A DNA stretch of 64,000 nt, from contig NC_134028.1 in the NCBI RefSeq assembly GCF_964204645.1, positions 4,588,001 to 4,652,000 on the forward strand, read 5' to 3'. Source of the DNA: Tubulanus polymorphus. Lineage: Eukaryota; Animalia; Nemertea. Position 1 is the stretch's first letter. The number at the start of each line of letters is the position of its first letter. Positions 62,951 to 64,000 of the stretch are shown here, piece after piece. The translations under genes were made by a program, and so were the position numbers. The notes beneath the pieces were generated by a model. It saw only the letters and a list, made by a program, of their open reading frames with translations. It did no database searches and was not told the DNA's origin.

Positions 62951-64000
62951 CCTCAAATATAATCATTCTGATCTAGAATTTTTCAATCTTGGCTTCGTTG
63001 GGATTTCTCTCATAATCATTACACACAGATATTGTGTATCTTCTCGTCTTAACTTTAGGATGTGACCTTCTAAATAAGAGACAATCCTGTTATGTATTCC
63101 AAGAAACCAGTTCTGATCACTAAGTAGAACAATCGAACGACGAACACAGCTTTCTAGGCAGCGAATTGACAAAATTTTATTACATCATTTTTTCGACGGA
63201 TCACAGCAGATTCTCATTCATTGTGTGCATGAACTCGATTCAGGGTGATCACACAATCCGGGTGATCTGATCATTCATTTCATAGGATAAAATCTTTGTA
63301 ACAACAATAACATCAGACAGGAGACTGGTTTCAAATTGCCTTCACAACAAAATAAACAATTGTTTGTACAGAATTTAGACTTTAGAACAGAAATGAACAA
63401 TGGCAAAAAATACATCAGCATTTTAATAACTCTCCGGCCAGAGTAGTTACAGATGTCTTAGCTAGAAAAAATATCTTCTCGTCATTATCAAAGTTAAAAG
63501 ATGATGTACGTCAATGCCCTGTTCTAAAAGAGCTCAGGTCTCAGCTGAAAGAAAAAAGTAAACGGCCCATTGGTGGGCCTCAGAAATTCACGTTTCACCC
63601 TCTATGAAAATATCACATACCGCACTCACAAAGTTTGATATAATTTGTGGACTATTAATATTATGTAGGTGGGTGGGTGGGTGGTTGTCGAGTTCACCTG
63701 TAGAGCACTGTCCGCGAGAACAAAGAAATCGTCGAAACCTAAAATAAATAATTTCAATCTCTCTCAAAATGATATATAGACTAATTATATAATCCTCGAT
63801 TATATATATAAACAGAACTAAACTATAAGTGACCTGTCTAGACCACAGACTCCTTCCAAGACTACTGACTCCCCTCCTCAATCAACCATAAATCCGCTTA
63901 GACACACTCCCTCCTCGCTAAACTTTCTACACAAGTCTTTAGTATATTGTGCATGCCATTCTCATTTCAATATCTGCTACGTTGTAACCCAAAAATACAT

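Overview
AT-rich, intron-containing animal genomic DNA, probably from a marine invertebrate (the lineage is an inference from gene style). Ordinary host genes: the 5' part of a gamma-butyrobetaine dioxygenase-like gene (-), a FAM234-family gene (-), ELP6 (+) and synaptogyrin (+). The centre holds two tandem copies (~13.2-32.2 kb and ~37.4-52.5 kb, both minus strand) of a large secreted mosaic gene: signal peptide, C-type lectin, SUEL-like lectin, C-type lectin, F5/8, 2x TSP1, ~4x PAN/Apple-like, LRR-like repeats, then a ~700-aa single-exon helical region ending in a Tc-toxin-like (TcB-binding-like) C-terminus. An intron of the first copy carries a 6742-bp, almost perfectly palindromic insertion (20630-27371). 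It has AG...CT termini, a 6-bp ACCGGT target-site duplication and small virus-like ORFs, and looks like a fold-back derivative of one end of a Polinton/Maverick. The second gene copy preserves the empty site. The window also contains a Penelope-like fragment, three hammerhead ribozyme motifs (one in a 161-bp element with a 13-bp TSD), a truncated LINE, a 2.07-kb solo LTR, several MITEs and minisatellites. All calls are by eye with no database search; many exon boundaries are approximate.
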